From Octopus vulgaris (lineage: Eukaryota), in the NCBI GenBank assembly GCA_951406725.2, contig OX597836.1:28334001-28398000 (forward strand): a stretch of DNA of 64,000 bases, read 5' to 3'. The translations under genes were made by a program, and so were the position numbers. Every line of letters starts with the position of its first letter. Position 1 is the stretch's first letter. This document shows, piece by piece, positions 26,698 to 39,402 of the stretch. The notes beneath the pieces are model-generated. The model made no database searches, was not told the origin of the DNA, and saw only the letters and a program-made list of their open reading frames with translations.

Positions 26698-27000
26698 TGG
26701 AAGTACATGGCCTAGTGTTTAGAGCAGCGGACTCATGGTTGAGGGATCGCGGGTTCGAATCTCAGACCGGGCGATGTGTGGTTTATGAACGAAACACCTA
26801 AGCTCCATGTGGCTCCGGCAGAAGGTAATGGCGAACTTCTGCTGACTCTTTCGCCACTACTTTCTCTCACTCTTTCCTCCTGCATCTTGCAGCTCACCTG
26901 CGAAGGACCAGCATCCCGTCCAGGTGGGGAAACCTATATGCCAAGGAAACCGGGAAACTGGCCCTATGAGCCAGGTGTGGCTCGAGAAGGAACAAACAAA
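26698..27000 (+). mobile_element. SINE with related tRNA head and a third tail type
   Basis: TGGCCTAGTGTTTAGAGCAGCGGACTC...GGTTCGAATC...AAACACCTAAGCTCC, then a distinct tail ending GGCTCGAGAAGGAACAAAC. Confidence 0.7.
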
Positions 27001-28465
27001 TGAGAAGGATAGTCAATGTAGAAGGAGAAGTGGCTAAAGGGGATCGATGTGGAAGGAGAAATGGTTAAAGGGGGTCAATGAATGAAAAAGTTTGGTGACC
27101 TCTATGTAATATATCTTATGCATTGCCAGTTAAATCCAACATTAGTGATGATAGACAAGAAATCCAGGTCAAACAGGAAAACAGTAGAATCCAAGGAAAC
27201 AAGGGTTCACAGCAAAAATTAGTTGTCATATTTCTTCAGATTCAGAAAATAGCAGAAACAGGAAGGAGTCAGGAAGCGAAACGAAAAATAGTGTTTGATT
27301 AAAGTTTTGATAGCAACAAACAAGGTGATAAATTATCAAGAAAGGAGTGGGTAAGATGCTGACATGCTGAGATCAATGAAAAAAATAAGGTCAGTTGAAT
27401 TGGAGCATGCACAAAGGAAGTGAACTGTGAGAGAACACATAGGGGGTGGCACAGTTTAACAAAAAATGTACTTATCATAATTTTACTTTTTAAAATTGCT
27501 AGAATTTACTCCCAAGTTTCTGTAAAGATCGAATTACAGGTATATCCCAAAATTAATGGTCACACTTTAAAGATCGAATTACAGGTATATCTCAAAATTA
27601 ATGGTCACACTTTACTATTTCCTTTTGTCCGGAACTCCGTAACTCAAGTTTCTGTAATGTGAGGGATGCCTGTATACCGTTGGTTCCCAAACTTTTTCGC
27701 CCCCACCCCCACCCCGCCCACCTGACACCCAGGCCACATTCCTAAGGCCACCCACCCCAACTAACCATCACAAAAACAGACCTCTTTCTGAAGCAAATAC
27801 AAATACAATTTCACCTAACGAACCCATTATTTTGTTGTTTTTACATGAATCACTACCCCATTATCGCCCCAATTTTCTTGGGACTTTCAACTGCTCCCAG
27901 GGTTCAATACTGCCCACTTTGGGAGCCACTGCAGTAACACAGTTTCTTTCAAATATTGGTGACTATAAAAGTCAAAAAAGACAGTCAAATACACAGAGAA
28001 AATAAGCTCATACAGACACACGTCTTATCTTTTACTCGCTTTAGCACTCAGATTATTCCATCAAATGTAATGTGTATTTATTCAGTTTTCAGCTAATCAT
28101 GCATTATTTTACAGCTTCGAAATTTCAATGATGTGATTGTGTATTTTTAGAATAAAATGGGTAGATGCTGACATGGGTGCCAGTCAGGCTGTACTGGCAT
28201 CAGCCACGACAAGGGCTTCACTTGACTCAACAGGTCTACCCAAGCACAGTTTATTGCCCAATGACTGAAGGGTACTCTTAAATGGGCTGGTTATGCTGCA
28301 CTGGCATAGGCCACGTTTACAGTCTCACTTGGCTTGCTGGGTCTTTTCAAGCACAGCATATCTCCAAAGGTCTCAGTCACTTGTCATCGCCTTCACCACC
28401 TCATCCCAGTTCTTCCTGGGTCTACCTCTTCCATAGGTTCCCACTACTGTTAGGATGTGACACGG

Positions 28466-28510
<45 letters not shown>

Positions 28511-29277
28511 TTCTTTCAATTTTCATCTACCAAAGGCAATCATGTGGTTGGCAGTAGAAGACACTTGCCCAAGGTACCACACAGTGGAATTGAACCTAGA
28601 ACCATGTGGTTGGGAAGCAAGCTTCTTACCACACAGCCACACCTTTATGTATATGTGTATGTATATATATATATATATACATGGCAGGCTTCTTTCAGTT
28701 TCCATGTAACAGTCCACTCACAAGGCTTCGGCTGGCCTGAGGCTATAGTAGAAGACACTTGCCCAAAGATGCAGTGCAGTGGGACTGAACCCAGAACCAT
28801 GTGGTTGGGAAGCAAACTTCTTACCACACAGCCATGCCTGCACCTATTTACACAAGCATATAACAACACATTTTCTTTTAAATGTCAGTGATTTTAATAG
28901 TAATACAAAATGTATTCAAATACTGACCACGTATGTGGACAAATATGTTCACACACACATAACAACACTATTCAGATACTGGAGGCTACAATAGTTAATA
29001 GTTATAAAACATATTCAAAACACTAAATATGTACCATGAGAAACATTTCCTCTTTCCATTTGTTAACATCTTGCCTTAAAATATTTCTTCAAAATCTATA
29101 AAGAATGAATACACAGAAAATAGCTCTGTAACCCATTATTACTAATCAAATAATAAGAAGAAGAATAATGGCCAGATGAGTCAGTTTGTTGCATGCTTTA
29201 GAAGCAAAGAAAAAAAACACACTGCATCCATGTCATGTGTCATTGAATGACCACACCCGTCACAATGAGGAAGTGAG

Positions 29278-30140
29278 AAGGTGGGGAGCTGGTAGAAACA
29301 TAAGCACACCTAGAAACATAGCAGCATTTCGTCTATCTTTTCATTCTGAGTTCAAATTCTGCCAAGGTCGACTTTGCCTTTCATCCTTTCGGGGTTGATA
29401 AATTATGTACCAGTTCCGTACTGGGGTTGATGTAATCGACTTAATCCCTTTGTCTATCCTTGTTTGTCCCCTCTATGTTTAGCCCCTTGTGGGCAATAAA
29501 GAAATAAGAAATGTTAGCACGCTGGGCAAAATGCTTAGCGGTATTTCATCTGTCTTTATGTTCTGAGTTCAAATTCTGCCGAGGTCGACTTTGCCTTTCA
29601 TCTTTTCGGGGTCAATAAATTAAGTACCAGTTATGTACTGGGGTTGATGCAATCGACTTAATCCCTTTGTCTATCCTTGTTTTCCCCTCTATGTTTAGCC
29701 CCTTGTGGGTAATAAAGAAATAAGAAACATTAGCACGCTGGGCAAAATGCTTAGCGGTATTTCATCTGTCTTTATGTTCTGAGTTCAAATTCTGTCGAGG
29801 GTAACTTTGCCTTTCATTCTTTCAGAATCGATTATTTGAGTACCAGTTGCATACTAATTGACTGTCGATTTTAATTGACTGGCTCCCTCCCCCAAAATTT
29901 TGGGCCTTGTGCCTAGAGTAGAAAAGAATACATGGTACCAAGATAAGGTGGCAAGCTGGCAGAAACGTTAGCAGTATTTCAGCTGTCTTTACATTCTGAG
30001 TTCAAATTCCACCAAGGTTGACTTTACCTTTCATTCTTTCGGGGTCGATAAATTAAGTACCAGTTCCGTCCTGGGATTGATCTTACGGACTGGCCTCCTC
30101 CCCAAAAATTTCAGGCCTTGTGCCTAGAGTAGAAAAGAAT
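29278..30140 (+). mobile_element. Cluster of four family B SINE units within one 13-bp direct repeat
   Basis: ATGAGGAAGTGAG at 29265-29277 and 30141-30153; four core copies with two tail types. Confidence 0.75.
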
Positions 30141-30281
30141 ATGAGGAAGTGAGCTTGTCACGCATGGCTGACTCTGTCGAGATAATTGCTGTGATTTGGT
30201 AGAGCAGGGATAAAATGCCTTGTGGTATTTATCTCTTATCTTTTTTTATTTCATCATCATCATCATCATTTAACGTCCATT

Positions 30282-30338
<57 letters not shown>

Positions 30339-31264
30339 CATATACATAATGGGCTTCTTTCAGTTTCCGTCTACCAAATCCACTCACAAGGCTTTGGTTG
30401 GTCCGAGGCTATAGAAGACACTTGCCCAAGATGCCACGCAGTGGGACTGAACCCAGAACCATGTGGTTGGTAAGGAAGCTACTTACCACACATATAGATA
30501 CTCTTTGCTTATGAAATGGAGACACATGGAATATTTGTTCAACACTGAACTACAAGCACTCCTTCATTGCTCTTGGCATTCACAATACTGCAAACCAGTC
30601 ACTGGCCTGCCGCTGACCAGCAACTAACAACCCTTTTGTTCACAAAAGGGGACAGAAAAATTTATAAAATAGAAAGGCATGGAATGAAATTTGGATGGAG
30701 TTAAGGGGAATTGAGAAACACAAGGCTCGGGTGGAGAGTGTCAACAAAAACGACATATCAGGAAGGACAAATGAACAAACACACATACACACAATATAGT
30801 CCATACACAGTACAACACAAACATCTCCAATAGTACAAACACAGTATAACACTAACACACACACGTACACACACACAGATGTATGTATATAACTAAACCA
30901 GGAGAGGATGTCCTCTCTCTCAGATTACCTCTAAGTAGATCATTTATATCCTGTAGATTTAGTTCATTCACACATTCAGACACACTATTCATTCATTCAC
31001 CACCAGACACACAGACATAGTAAAGAAATAGACATGTATTTAGAGGAAGTAGTGACCTTGATGATCTGACCTGACCAATAACCACTAACAGGTCAGCTGC
31101 TCTCTCCAGAGCGATGGGGTGGGGGGTATTATTTGACAATACTAACAGCCAAACTGAATGACCTTAATATGAATAAATAGTTGCTGTTGCTTTTGGTGTT
31201 TTGTCCCAGGTCAGCTCCCCCAGTGGACTGTTCCAACTGGCTAATCTCTTCTAGGACTACACTA

Positions 31265-32710
31265 CCTAATGTGTCTTTCCTTTGGTTTTTAAAGCTTTTG
31301 CCGCAGAAATTAAACATATCCACTCAAAATTTCATCACCCTTAACTGCAGAAAGCAGTTTTTATTCACCAATCTATCTTTTGTTGAGGAATGTCATGCTT
31401 GAAATTATTTTTTTGTTGAAATATGTCAAGTTTATTGCGGCAACATGACTTGCAGAAAAAAATCAAGGATCTTTTCAGTTTGAATGGCAGTTTTTCTAGC
31501 AGTGTCATATGAAATTGTCACCCATAATTATAACCCTAGAATCGATCTATTGCATTTCAATGTTTTAGGGTTAGTTAGGATTAGGGTTAGGGGTGGGGAG
31601 AAGGGTATCTTTTTTTCTTCACAAATGTAAATAAACCCAATTTGTTTCTTAAACGAGGGACATATTCATATGGCACAGAATGTTTTTTTTTACCTCAATA
31701 GACGTCAGTGATTGGTTGAAATTGCAGAAATTGAAGAAAATAAAACAACAAATATCTTACAAACTATAGAATTTTCTCAATAAAGCCAAGAGAAAAAGAT
31801 GTTTTATAAACACATTCTACCAGTATACAAAGTTTAAAAGTGTTTAGTTACGTGGAAATTATTTTAAAAAACTGCCATTCAAACCGAAAAGATCCAAAAT
31901 CAATTCCATTCCTTGGTAGAAGATATTTAACATTATTATTGGAATAATCATGAATTTACAGTTAGATCAAAGTCATTCCATCCATGACTGTCCTACCTTT
32001 TTTCCAGACACACAGAATCCAAGACCAGATGATCCAATGTCTCCTATTTTTACTTTAACCCTTTTACTGCAAAATTCAGATATATCCACTCAAAATTTCA
32101 TTACCCTTAACAGTGGAAAGCAGTTCCATACACCAATCTATCTTCTGTTGAGGAATGTTGTGTTTGAAACTATTTTCTCTTAAGATATGGCAAATTTATT
32201 GATGCAATGTGACTTGCAGAAAATACCAATCCTGATTTTTTAAAAAGATATTTAGCATCATTATTGGCATAAACATGTAATTTAATTTCACAGTGAAAGG
32301 GTTAAAGGACCTTGTCAAACCTGTGATCAAAGACACTCCAACCATGACTGTCCTACTTTTTTTACTAGTTACACTGAATTCAAGACCACATGATCCAATG
32401 TCTCCTATTTTTACTTTAACCCCTTGTACTGCAGAAATCAGATATATCCTATCAAAATTTCTTTACCCTTAACTGCAGAAAGCAGTTTTATTCCCCAATT
32501 TATCTTTTGTTGAGGAATGTCATTTTTGGAACTATTTTCTCTTAAGATATGGCAAATTTATTGGGGCAAAATAAATTGCAGAAAATATAAATTCTATTTT
32601 TTTGGTAGATATTTAACATCGTTACTGGAACAATTTACAGCTGAAGGGTCAAGGGACCTCATTAAACCTGTGATCAAAAACATTCCAACCATGACTGTCC
32701 TATTTTTTTT
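31265..32710. repeat. Degenerate tandem triplication (about 360-bp unit) containing a piggyBac-like MITE; first unit interrupted by the GGATC MITE
   Basis: Recurrent ATATCCACTCAAAATTTC..ACCCTTAAC..GAAAGCAGTT..TGTTGAGGAATGT. TTAA|CCC...GGG|TTAA at 32059-32301. Confidence 0.7.
31467..31895. mobile_element. Second copy of the GGATC-ended MITE (opposite orientation), TSD AAAATCAA
   Basis: Same TIRs; TSD at 31459-31466 and 31896-31903; internal TTAGGG-like run. Confidence 0.9.
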
Positions 32711-32999
32711 CCAAATTTCAGCAGTTTCTTTATAATCTAGCATATAAAGATCACTATTGATTTTACAACCTCCGGATCAAACATTTTTTTTTTTTGTTCC
32801 ATTAAGGCCTGAACTCTTGTCCAACTCTCCTATCATAACAGAAGTGTTTTGCCAGCAGTGTAATACAAGCAAATCCAATGACCCAGTTTTCAGTGATCTA
32901 ACAGTACTAAAACTAACATGTTTTTTAGTTCAATACTTCCCTTCAACTGCTTTCTTTTACACTTGCGTTTACAGGTAAAACAACAAAGTAAATTAACAG

Positions 33000-33503
33000 A
33001 ATGTGAATAGGGGAAAACAACAGGGTATTAATAGGGTAAAATTGGTGTGTTAATGGGGAAAATAATAGGATAAGACAGGGTTTTAAAAGAGTAAAATAAC
33101 AGGGTATTTACAGGGTAAAATAACAGGGTGTTAATAGGATAAAATAAGTATGTTAATGAGGAAAATAACAGGGTTTTGATAAGGTTTTAACACAATGTTA
33201 ATTGGACAAAATAACAGAATATTAATAGGGTAAGATACAAGGGTGTTACTAGGTTAAAATAATAAGGTATTAATGGAATAAAATAACAGAACGTTAATAG
33301 GACAAAATAAGTGTGTTAATAGGGAAAGGTACATGGTTTTAATAGGGTAAATTAGAGGGTTTTAATAGGATAAGTTGATAGGGTTTTCATAAAATAAGTT
33401 GACAGGGTTTTGATAGGATAAGTTGACAGGGTTTTGATAGGATAACTTGACAGGGTTTTGATAGGATAAGTTGACAGGGTTTTGATAGGATAAGTTGACA
33501 GGG
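33000..33503. repeat. 21-22-bp minisatellite, degenerate on the left and homogeneous on the right
   Basis: GACAGGGTTTTGATAGGATAAGTT-like units; source of the TLSTYPIK ORF artefact. Confidence 0.85.
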
Positions 33504-33690
33504 TACTTATTTTATCAACCCCAAAAGGATGAAAGACAAAGTCAACCTCAGCAGAATTTGAACTCAGAAGCAAAGGAGGGCAAAATGCCACTAAGCATTT
33601 TGCCCGGCATGCTAACAATTCTGCCAGATCGATACCTTAAATGATGATGATAATAATAATAATAATAATAATAATAAGTAAATTACTCAC

Positions 33691-34105
33691 CATGGTTGAC
33701 AAAACTCATGATAACATCAGAACTGTTGAGTTTAGGCATTTCATTTTCTAAAGTTCTGCTGAAGAAGTGGGGGTGTTCATCCTCATCGTCGTCTTCAATG
33801 GATCCACTGGCACCTGAACCATGCAGCTTATTGTACAGATCAATCATGAAGCGGGGAGCAGAAGTCTCCTTACCGGGAGCTCGCGGTTTCGGTTTGTGGT
33901 GTAATCCCATCAAGGTGAGTATTTCTTGTTGAAATTCCTTCTTCACACGATGTGGGATCCGGCTGACCATCACGGACTGTTCCAGGCCGTTGTCGGTGTA
34001 GAAACCAGTACTGTCCATCCGAGTGGTCCACACACAAGGAGGCCGACACAACAAACACACCAGCAATACCAGACACAACAAATAGCTGGTCCATGCACCT
34101 GCCAT
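33691..34105 (-). CDS. BMP5-8: BMP5/6/7/8 (gbb/60A-like) TGF-beta ligand, coding exon 1 (signal peptide + prodomain start)
   Basis: ATG at 34105 gives MAGAWTSYLLCLVLLVCLLC (hydrophobic signal peptide), then ...FQQEILTLMGLHHKPKP...SAPRFMIDLYN...SDVIMSFVNH, typical BMP5/6/7 prodomain motifs. Donor G|GTGAGT at 33690 (phase 1). Upstream acceptor TGCAG|G at 34139-34138 implies a short 5'UTR part and an upstream non-coding exon. Confidence 0.93.
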
Positions 34106-34144
34106 CTCTCCTTTTAAATCTCGTTTATGGAAGACACCTGCATT

Positions 34145-34928
34145 AACGAACAAACATTACAGATTTTAGAAAACTTGACGAGTTTAATAATTAATCTTGT
34201 TGGATAGAGAATTTTAATTATATTGGTCCTAAACGAACAAACATTACAGATTTTAGAAAACTTGACGAGTTTAATAATTAATCTTGTTGGATAGAGAATT
34301 TTAATTATATTGGTCCTAAACGAACAAACATTACAGATTTTAGAAAACTTGACGAGTTTAATAATTAATCTTGTTGGATACAGAATTTTAATTATATTGG
34401 TCCTAAAAGAACAAACATTACAGATTTTAGAAAACTTGACGAATTTAATAATTAATCTTGTTGGATACAGAATTTTAATTATATTGGTCCTAAAAGAACA
34501 AACATTACAGATTTTAGAAAACTTGACGAGTTTAATAATTAATCTTGTTGGATACAGAATTTTAATTATATTGGTCCTAAACGAACAAACATTACAGATT
34601 TTAGAAAACTTGACGAGTTTAATAATTAATCTTGTTGGATACAGAATTTTAATTATATTGGTCCTAAAAGAACAAACATTACAGATTTTAGAAAACTTGA
34701 CGAGTTTAATAATTAATCTTGTTGGATACAGAATTTTAATTATATTGGTCCTAAACGAACAAACATTACAGATTTTAGAAAACTTGACGAGTTTAATAAT
34801 TAATCTTGTTGGATACAGAATTTTAATTATATTGGTCCTAAACGAACAAACATTACAGATTTTAGAAAACTTGACGAGTTTAATAATTAATCTTGTTGGA
34901 TACAGAATTTTAATTATATTGGTCCTAA
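34145..34928. repeat. Tandem array, 87-bp unit x9, abutting the BMP exon-1 acceptor
   Basis: Unit AACGAACAAACATTACAGATTTTAGAAAACTTGACGAG...ATATTGGTCCTA repeated almost identically. Variants TAGAG/TACAG and AACGAAC/AAAGAAC. Confidence 0.95.
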
Positions 34929-35877
34929 TTTTACCTATGTCTGAAATTGTTAAATTGTATTCTGTAATTTCTTTTCCATTGTTACTTTTATCATGTGGTT
35001 AAGGATATGCTCTGTTTGACAACGTTCTGGTTCATATCACAGAAGGTATTTTGTATTTTTAAGTACATACATACATACACATACATATATATGCATGCAT
35101 ATATATATGTATGTTTACACACACACACATATACACTCACTGCATGCGCATGTATGTATGTATGTATGTACTGCAGGTACAGTAACTTTCCAGTGGCAGA
35201 TTATGTTGTGTGATAAAAGTATTCTTTCATTTATTCATAAATAAATATAATAGGCGCAGGAGTGGCTGTGTGGTAAGTAGCTTGCTAACCAACCACATGG
35301 TTCCGGGTTCAGTCCCACTGCGTGGCATCTTGGGCAAGTGTCTTCTGCTATAGCCCCGGGCCGACCAATGCCTTGTGAGTGGATTTGGTAGACGGAAACT
35401 GAAAGAAGCCTGTCGTATATATGTATATATATATGTGTGTGTTTGTATGTCTGTGTTTGTCCCCCTAGCATTGCTTGACAACCGATGCTGGTGTGTTTAC
35501 GTCCCCGTCACTTAGCGGTTTGGCAAAAAAGAGACCGATAGAATAAGTACTGGGCTTACAAAGAATAAGTCCCGGGGTTGATTTGCTCGACTAAAGGCGG
35601 TGCTCCAGCATGGCCGCAGTCAAATGACTGAAACAAGTAAAAGAGTAAAAGAGTAATATACACACACATACATCCATTTTTACATACGTATGTGCACACA
35701 CTGACACACACACACACACACACGTATATATATATATATACAAACAACCAGACATACACACATATGCATGCATAAATACAAACACACACACTTCAGCAAA
35801 CAGGTAGAAAACATAAAAGAATGTAGTACATCATCTACAAAAAGACAGAGGGCTTCCATCTATATATATATATGGAT

Positions 35878-36243
35878 GGAAGCACTCCGTCGGTTACGAC
35901 GATGAGGGTTCCGGTTGATCCGATCAATGGAACAGCCTGCTCGTGAAATTAACGTGTAAGTGGCTGAGCACTCCACAGACACGTGTACCCTTAACGTAGT
36001 TCTCGGGGATATTCAGCGTGACACAGAGAGTGACAAGGCCGGCCCTTTGAAATACAGGTACAACAGAAACAGGAAGTAAGAGTGAGAGAAAGTTGTGGTG
36101 AAAGAGTACAGCAGGGATCACCACCATCCCTGCCGGAACCTCATGGAGCTTTAGGTGTTTTCGCTCAATAAACACTCACAACGCCCGGTCTGGGAATCGA
36201 AACCGCGAGTCCGCTGCCCTAACTACTGGGCCATTGCGCCTCC
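35878..36243 (-). mobile_element. Second copy of the GGAGGCGCAATGG-head SINE
   Basis: Near-identical to 12658-13039. Confidence 0.85.
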
Positions 36244-36289
36244 TGCCGATGCTATAAGGATTTCGACAAATATATATATATATATATGA

Positions 36290-36632
36290 GGAAAGGAGAC
36301 CCCCTTCGGTCATGAATGAGCATGGGATTGGACCTTGAAAGTTACCCTCCTAGGTACAAGTCTGGGCAAGGTTGCTTTTTATGGAAGACTAGCAGTCACC
36401 CATGCATGCCGGCTTCCCCTCTCCATGCCACCAGTGTTATCCAAGGGAAAGGCAAAATCTGATACAGCTTGGCACCTGTGACATCGCAACTCATTCTACA
36501 GCTGAGTGAACTGGAGCAACGTGAAGTAAAATGTCTTGCTCAAGAACACAACATGCAGCCCGGTCCGGGATTCGAACTCACAACCTCACAATCGTAAGCT
36601 CGACGCTCTAACCACTGAGCCATGCACCTTCA
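36290..36632 (-). mobile_element. tRNA-derived SINE with GTGTTCTTGAGCAAGAC core
   Basis: A box TGGCTCAGTGG, B box GTTCGAATCC, followed by a core also seen at about 47607-47890 (+) and 41930-42100 (-). Confidence 0.75.
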
Positions 36633-36989
36633 CACACACACATATATATTCTTTTCTTTATTTCTTTTACTTGTTTCAGTCATTTGACTGCAGCCATGTT
36701 AGAGCACCACCTTAAAGGGATTTTTTTAGTCAAAGAAATTGACCCCACGACTTCATAGACTTTTTTATGGCTGGATGCCCTTCCTGTTGCAAATCTTCAC
36801 CAGTCTCCAGGCAAAGTAATACTTCCCCATGGCCAGACATGTTTCCACAGAAAACTTGAGAAAGGCACTCTAAGTGTACATGCTTTTACAACTATCCTGT
36901 CATGTCAAGACAAAGGGACAGAAACATACATACATACATGCACGAATGATCAAACAGACTCCAAAGAAGCTGGTGTTGACCTGATTGGT

Positions 36990-37973
36990 AAGATTTATAT
37001 TATGTAGCAAAATAGACAAAAAGAGTACAATAAACACTAAAAATGCAGACAATAGGCTCCTTCAAATGCTTGGGGGGGGGGGGGGTCAGTAGAAGTAGTA
37101 GATAGTTTCTGTTACCAAGGAGAACAAGTTAGCAGTGGTGGAGGGAGTTCTGAAAGTGTGGTTGCTAGAATAAGAACAGGCTGAGCAAAGTTCAGAGAGC
37201 TTCTGCCTTTGTTGGTAACTAAGGGCTTCTTCCTCAGAGTGAAAGGCAGATTGTATGATGCCTGTGCACGCACAGCTAAGTTACATGGTTAGTGAAACAT
37301 GGGCTTTGACTACAGAGGAAATGTGAAGGGTTGAAAGAAATGAAGCTAGCCTGCTCTGCTGGATGGATAATGTTGGTGTGCATGCACACAACAGAGTGTA
37401 AAGGATTTAAGAGGAAAACTGGGTATAAGAGGCATCAGATGTTGTGTGCAAGAGAAAAGATTACGCTGGTTTTGTCATATGATGCATACAGATGAGGACA
37501 GCTTCATAAAGGATTGCTGTGTTCTAATTGTGCAGGGTACCTGTGGAAGGGGTAGACTCAGGAAGAGGGGCGAAGTGGTGAGAAAGGATCTTTGGACACT
37601 GGGCCTCACTGAGGAAATGAAAAGGGACCGGGAGATGTGGCAATTTGCTGTACTTGAAAAGAAGCGTCAAGCTAAGTAAAATCTCTATCTCCCATACATC
37701 CAGGCTTATCCTTTTAGGTGCCAGTGCCACTTAAAAAGCACCCTTGGTAGTGATGTGTTAATGCACCTGTGCCAGTGCTACATAAACACATTCAAGCCAG
37801 TAGCAGGTAAAAAGCACATTCTGTTAGGTGGTTGGCATTAGGAAGGGCATCCTGGCATAGAAACCATACCACAACAGACAGTTGGAGTCTGGACAGCACC
37901 CAGCTAGCCAGTGCCATGTCAAACTGTCCAACCCATGCCAGCATGGAAAGAGGATGTTAACCAATGACGATGA
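36990..37973 (+). mobile_element. RTE-clade LINE 3' fragment (degenerate ORF end + 3'UTR)
   Basis: EVVDSFCY...ARIRTG*AKFRELLPLL...RVKGRLYDAC...ETWAL...RLRWFCHM...GRGRLRK with stops and frameshifts. The 3'UTR ends ...CCAACCCATGCCAGCATGGAAAG...GACGATGA. Confidence 0.85.
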
Positions 37974-39402
37974 ACTCATCGTGGGGGAATGGAAAATCCA
38001 ATGTTTCAGACAGAGCCCTTCTTCAGGGAAAAATTGAAAGAAGAGAAATTAATGAGATGCAACGGGGTTTTACATTTTATCTCTTTTATCTTTTCTTTAC
38101 TTGTTCCATTCATTAGACTGGGGCCATGCTGGAGCATCACCTTGAAGAGTTTCAGTGGAATGAATTGACCCCAGCACTTTTATTTCCTTAAACCTAGTAC
38201 ATACTCTATCAGTCTCTTTGCTGAACTATTAAGTTATGAGAATGTAAACAAACCAACACTGGTCATCAAGCAGTAGAGGGGACAAACAGACACAAAAGAC
38301 ACATGTATACATATAAACAACAGGATTCTTTGAGTTTCTGTCTACCAAATCCACTTGCAAGACTTTGGTCGGCCTGAGGCTAGAGTAGAAGACACACTGA
38401 GAGTGAACCCAGAACTATGTGGTTGGGAAGCAAACTTCTTACCACACAGCCACACCTACCTCCACAGGTTGGCGTTAGGAAGAGCATCCAGTCAAAGGAA
38501 CCTTGCCAAAACACAATTGGAGCCTGGTGCAACTCTCTGGCTAACCAGTTCCTATTAAACCATTCAACCAATGTCAGCATGGAAAAGTAGACATTAAATG
38601 ACAATGATGAAGATGATAAATAAATATATCAGTCACTGTAAAGTGGTTGGCATTTGGAAGGGCATTCAGCTGTAAAAAATCATGCCAAAACTGACCTCGC
38701 TTGTGCTGGTGCCATGTAAAAAGCACTTAGTCCACTCTGCAGGATGGTTGGTGCTAGGAAGGACATCCAGCCATAAAAACTGTGCCAAAACAGACACAGA
38801 AGCCTAGTGCAGTCTTCAGCCTGGCCAGTGCCATGTCAAACTGTCCAACCCATTCCAGCATGGAAGGCGGATGTTAAACAATGATGATGGTGATGGCTTG
38901 CTTGTTTTCTTCAAATTATAAAATTGTTACAATATTATCATTATTACTATTATTATTATTATTGGCACCTGTGTGGGTGGCACGTAAAAAGCACCCACTA
39001 CACACCCGGAGTGGTTGGCGTTAGGAAGGGCATCCAGCCGTAGAAACACTGCCAGATCAGACTGGGCCTGATGCAGCCTTCTGGCTTCACAGACCCCAGT
39101 TGAACCGTCCAACCCATGCTAGCATGGAAAGCGGACGCTAAACGATGATGATGATGATTATTATTATTATTATTAAGACAATGAGTTGGCAGAACCGTTA
39201 GCATGCCAGGCAAAATGCATAGAAGCATTTCTTCCATCTTTACGTTCTGAGTTCAAACTCCGCCAAGGCCGACTTAGCCTTTCGTCCTTTTTCATCGATA
39301 AATTAAGTACCTGTGAAACATTGGGGACAATGTAATCGATTAGTCCACTACCCCAAAATTTCAGGCCTTGTGCCTTTAGCAGAAATTATTATTATTATTA
39401 TT

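Noticed and set aside
27525-27613. 44-bp direct duplication (similar cases 9955-10550, 16006-16325)
   Set aside because: Ordinary local tandem duplications with no further structure.
31565-31595. Telomere or chromosome-fusion relic (TTAGGG)
   Set aside because: Short and internal to a TSD-flanked MITE.
34106-34153. N-terminal extension MFVNAGVFHKRDLKGE of the BMP ORF
   Set aside because: TTG start lies in the repeat/intron. The signal peptide begins at ATG 34105 and an acceptor sits at 34139-34138.
34145-34928. CRISPR-like array
   Set aside because: Units are contiguous with no unique spacers, there are no cas genes, and the context is eukaryotic.
34310-35002. 230-aa ORF of 29-aa repeats
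   Set aside because: Product of the 87-bp array. It has a TTG start, lies antisense to the BMP gene, and the first two units carry TAG in the same frame.
35227-35481. Recurrent ORFs 'RGYSRRHLPKVP.SGTEPGTMWL' as a gene family
   Set aside because: Antisense translations of family A SINE copies.
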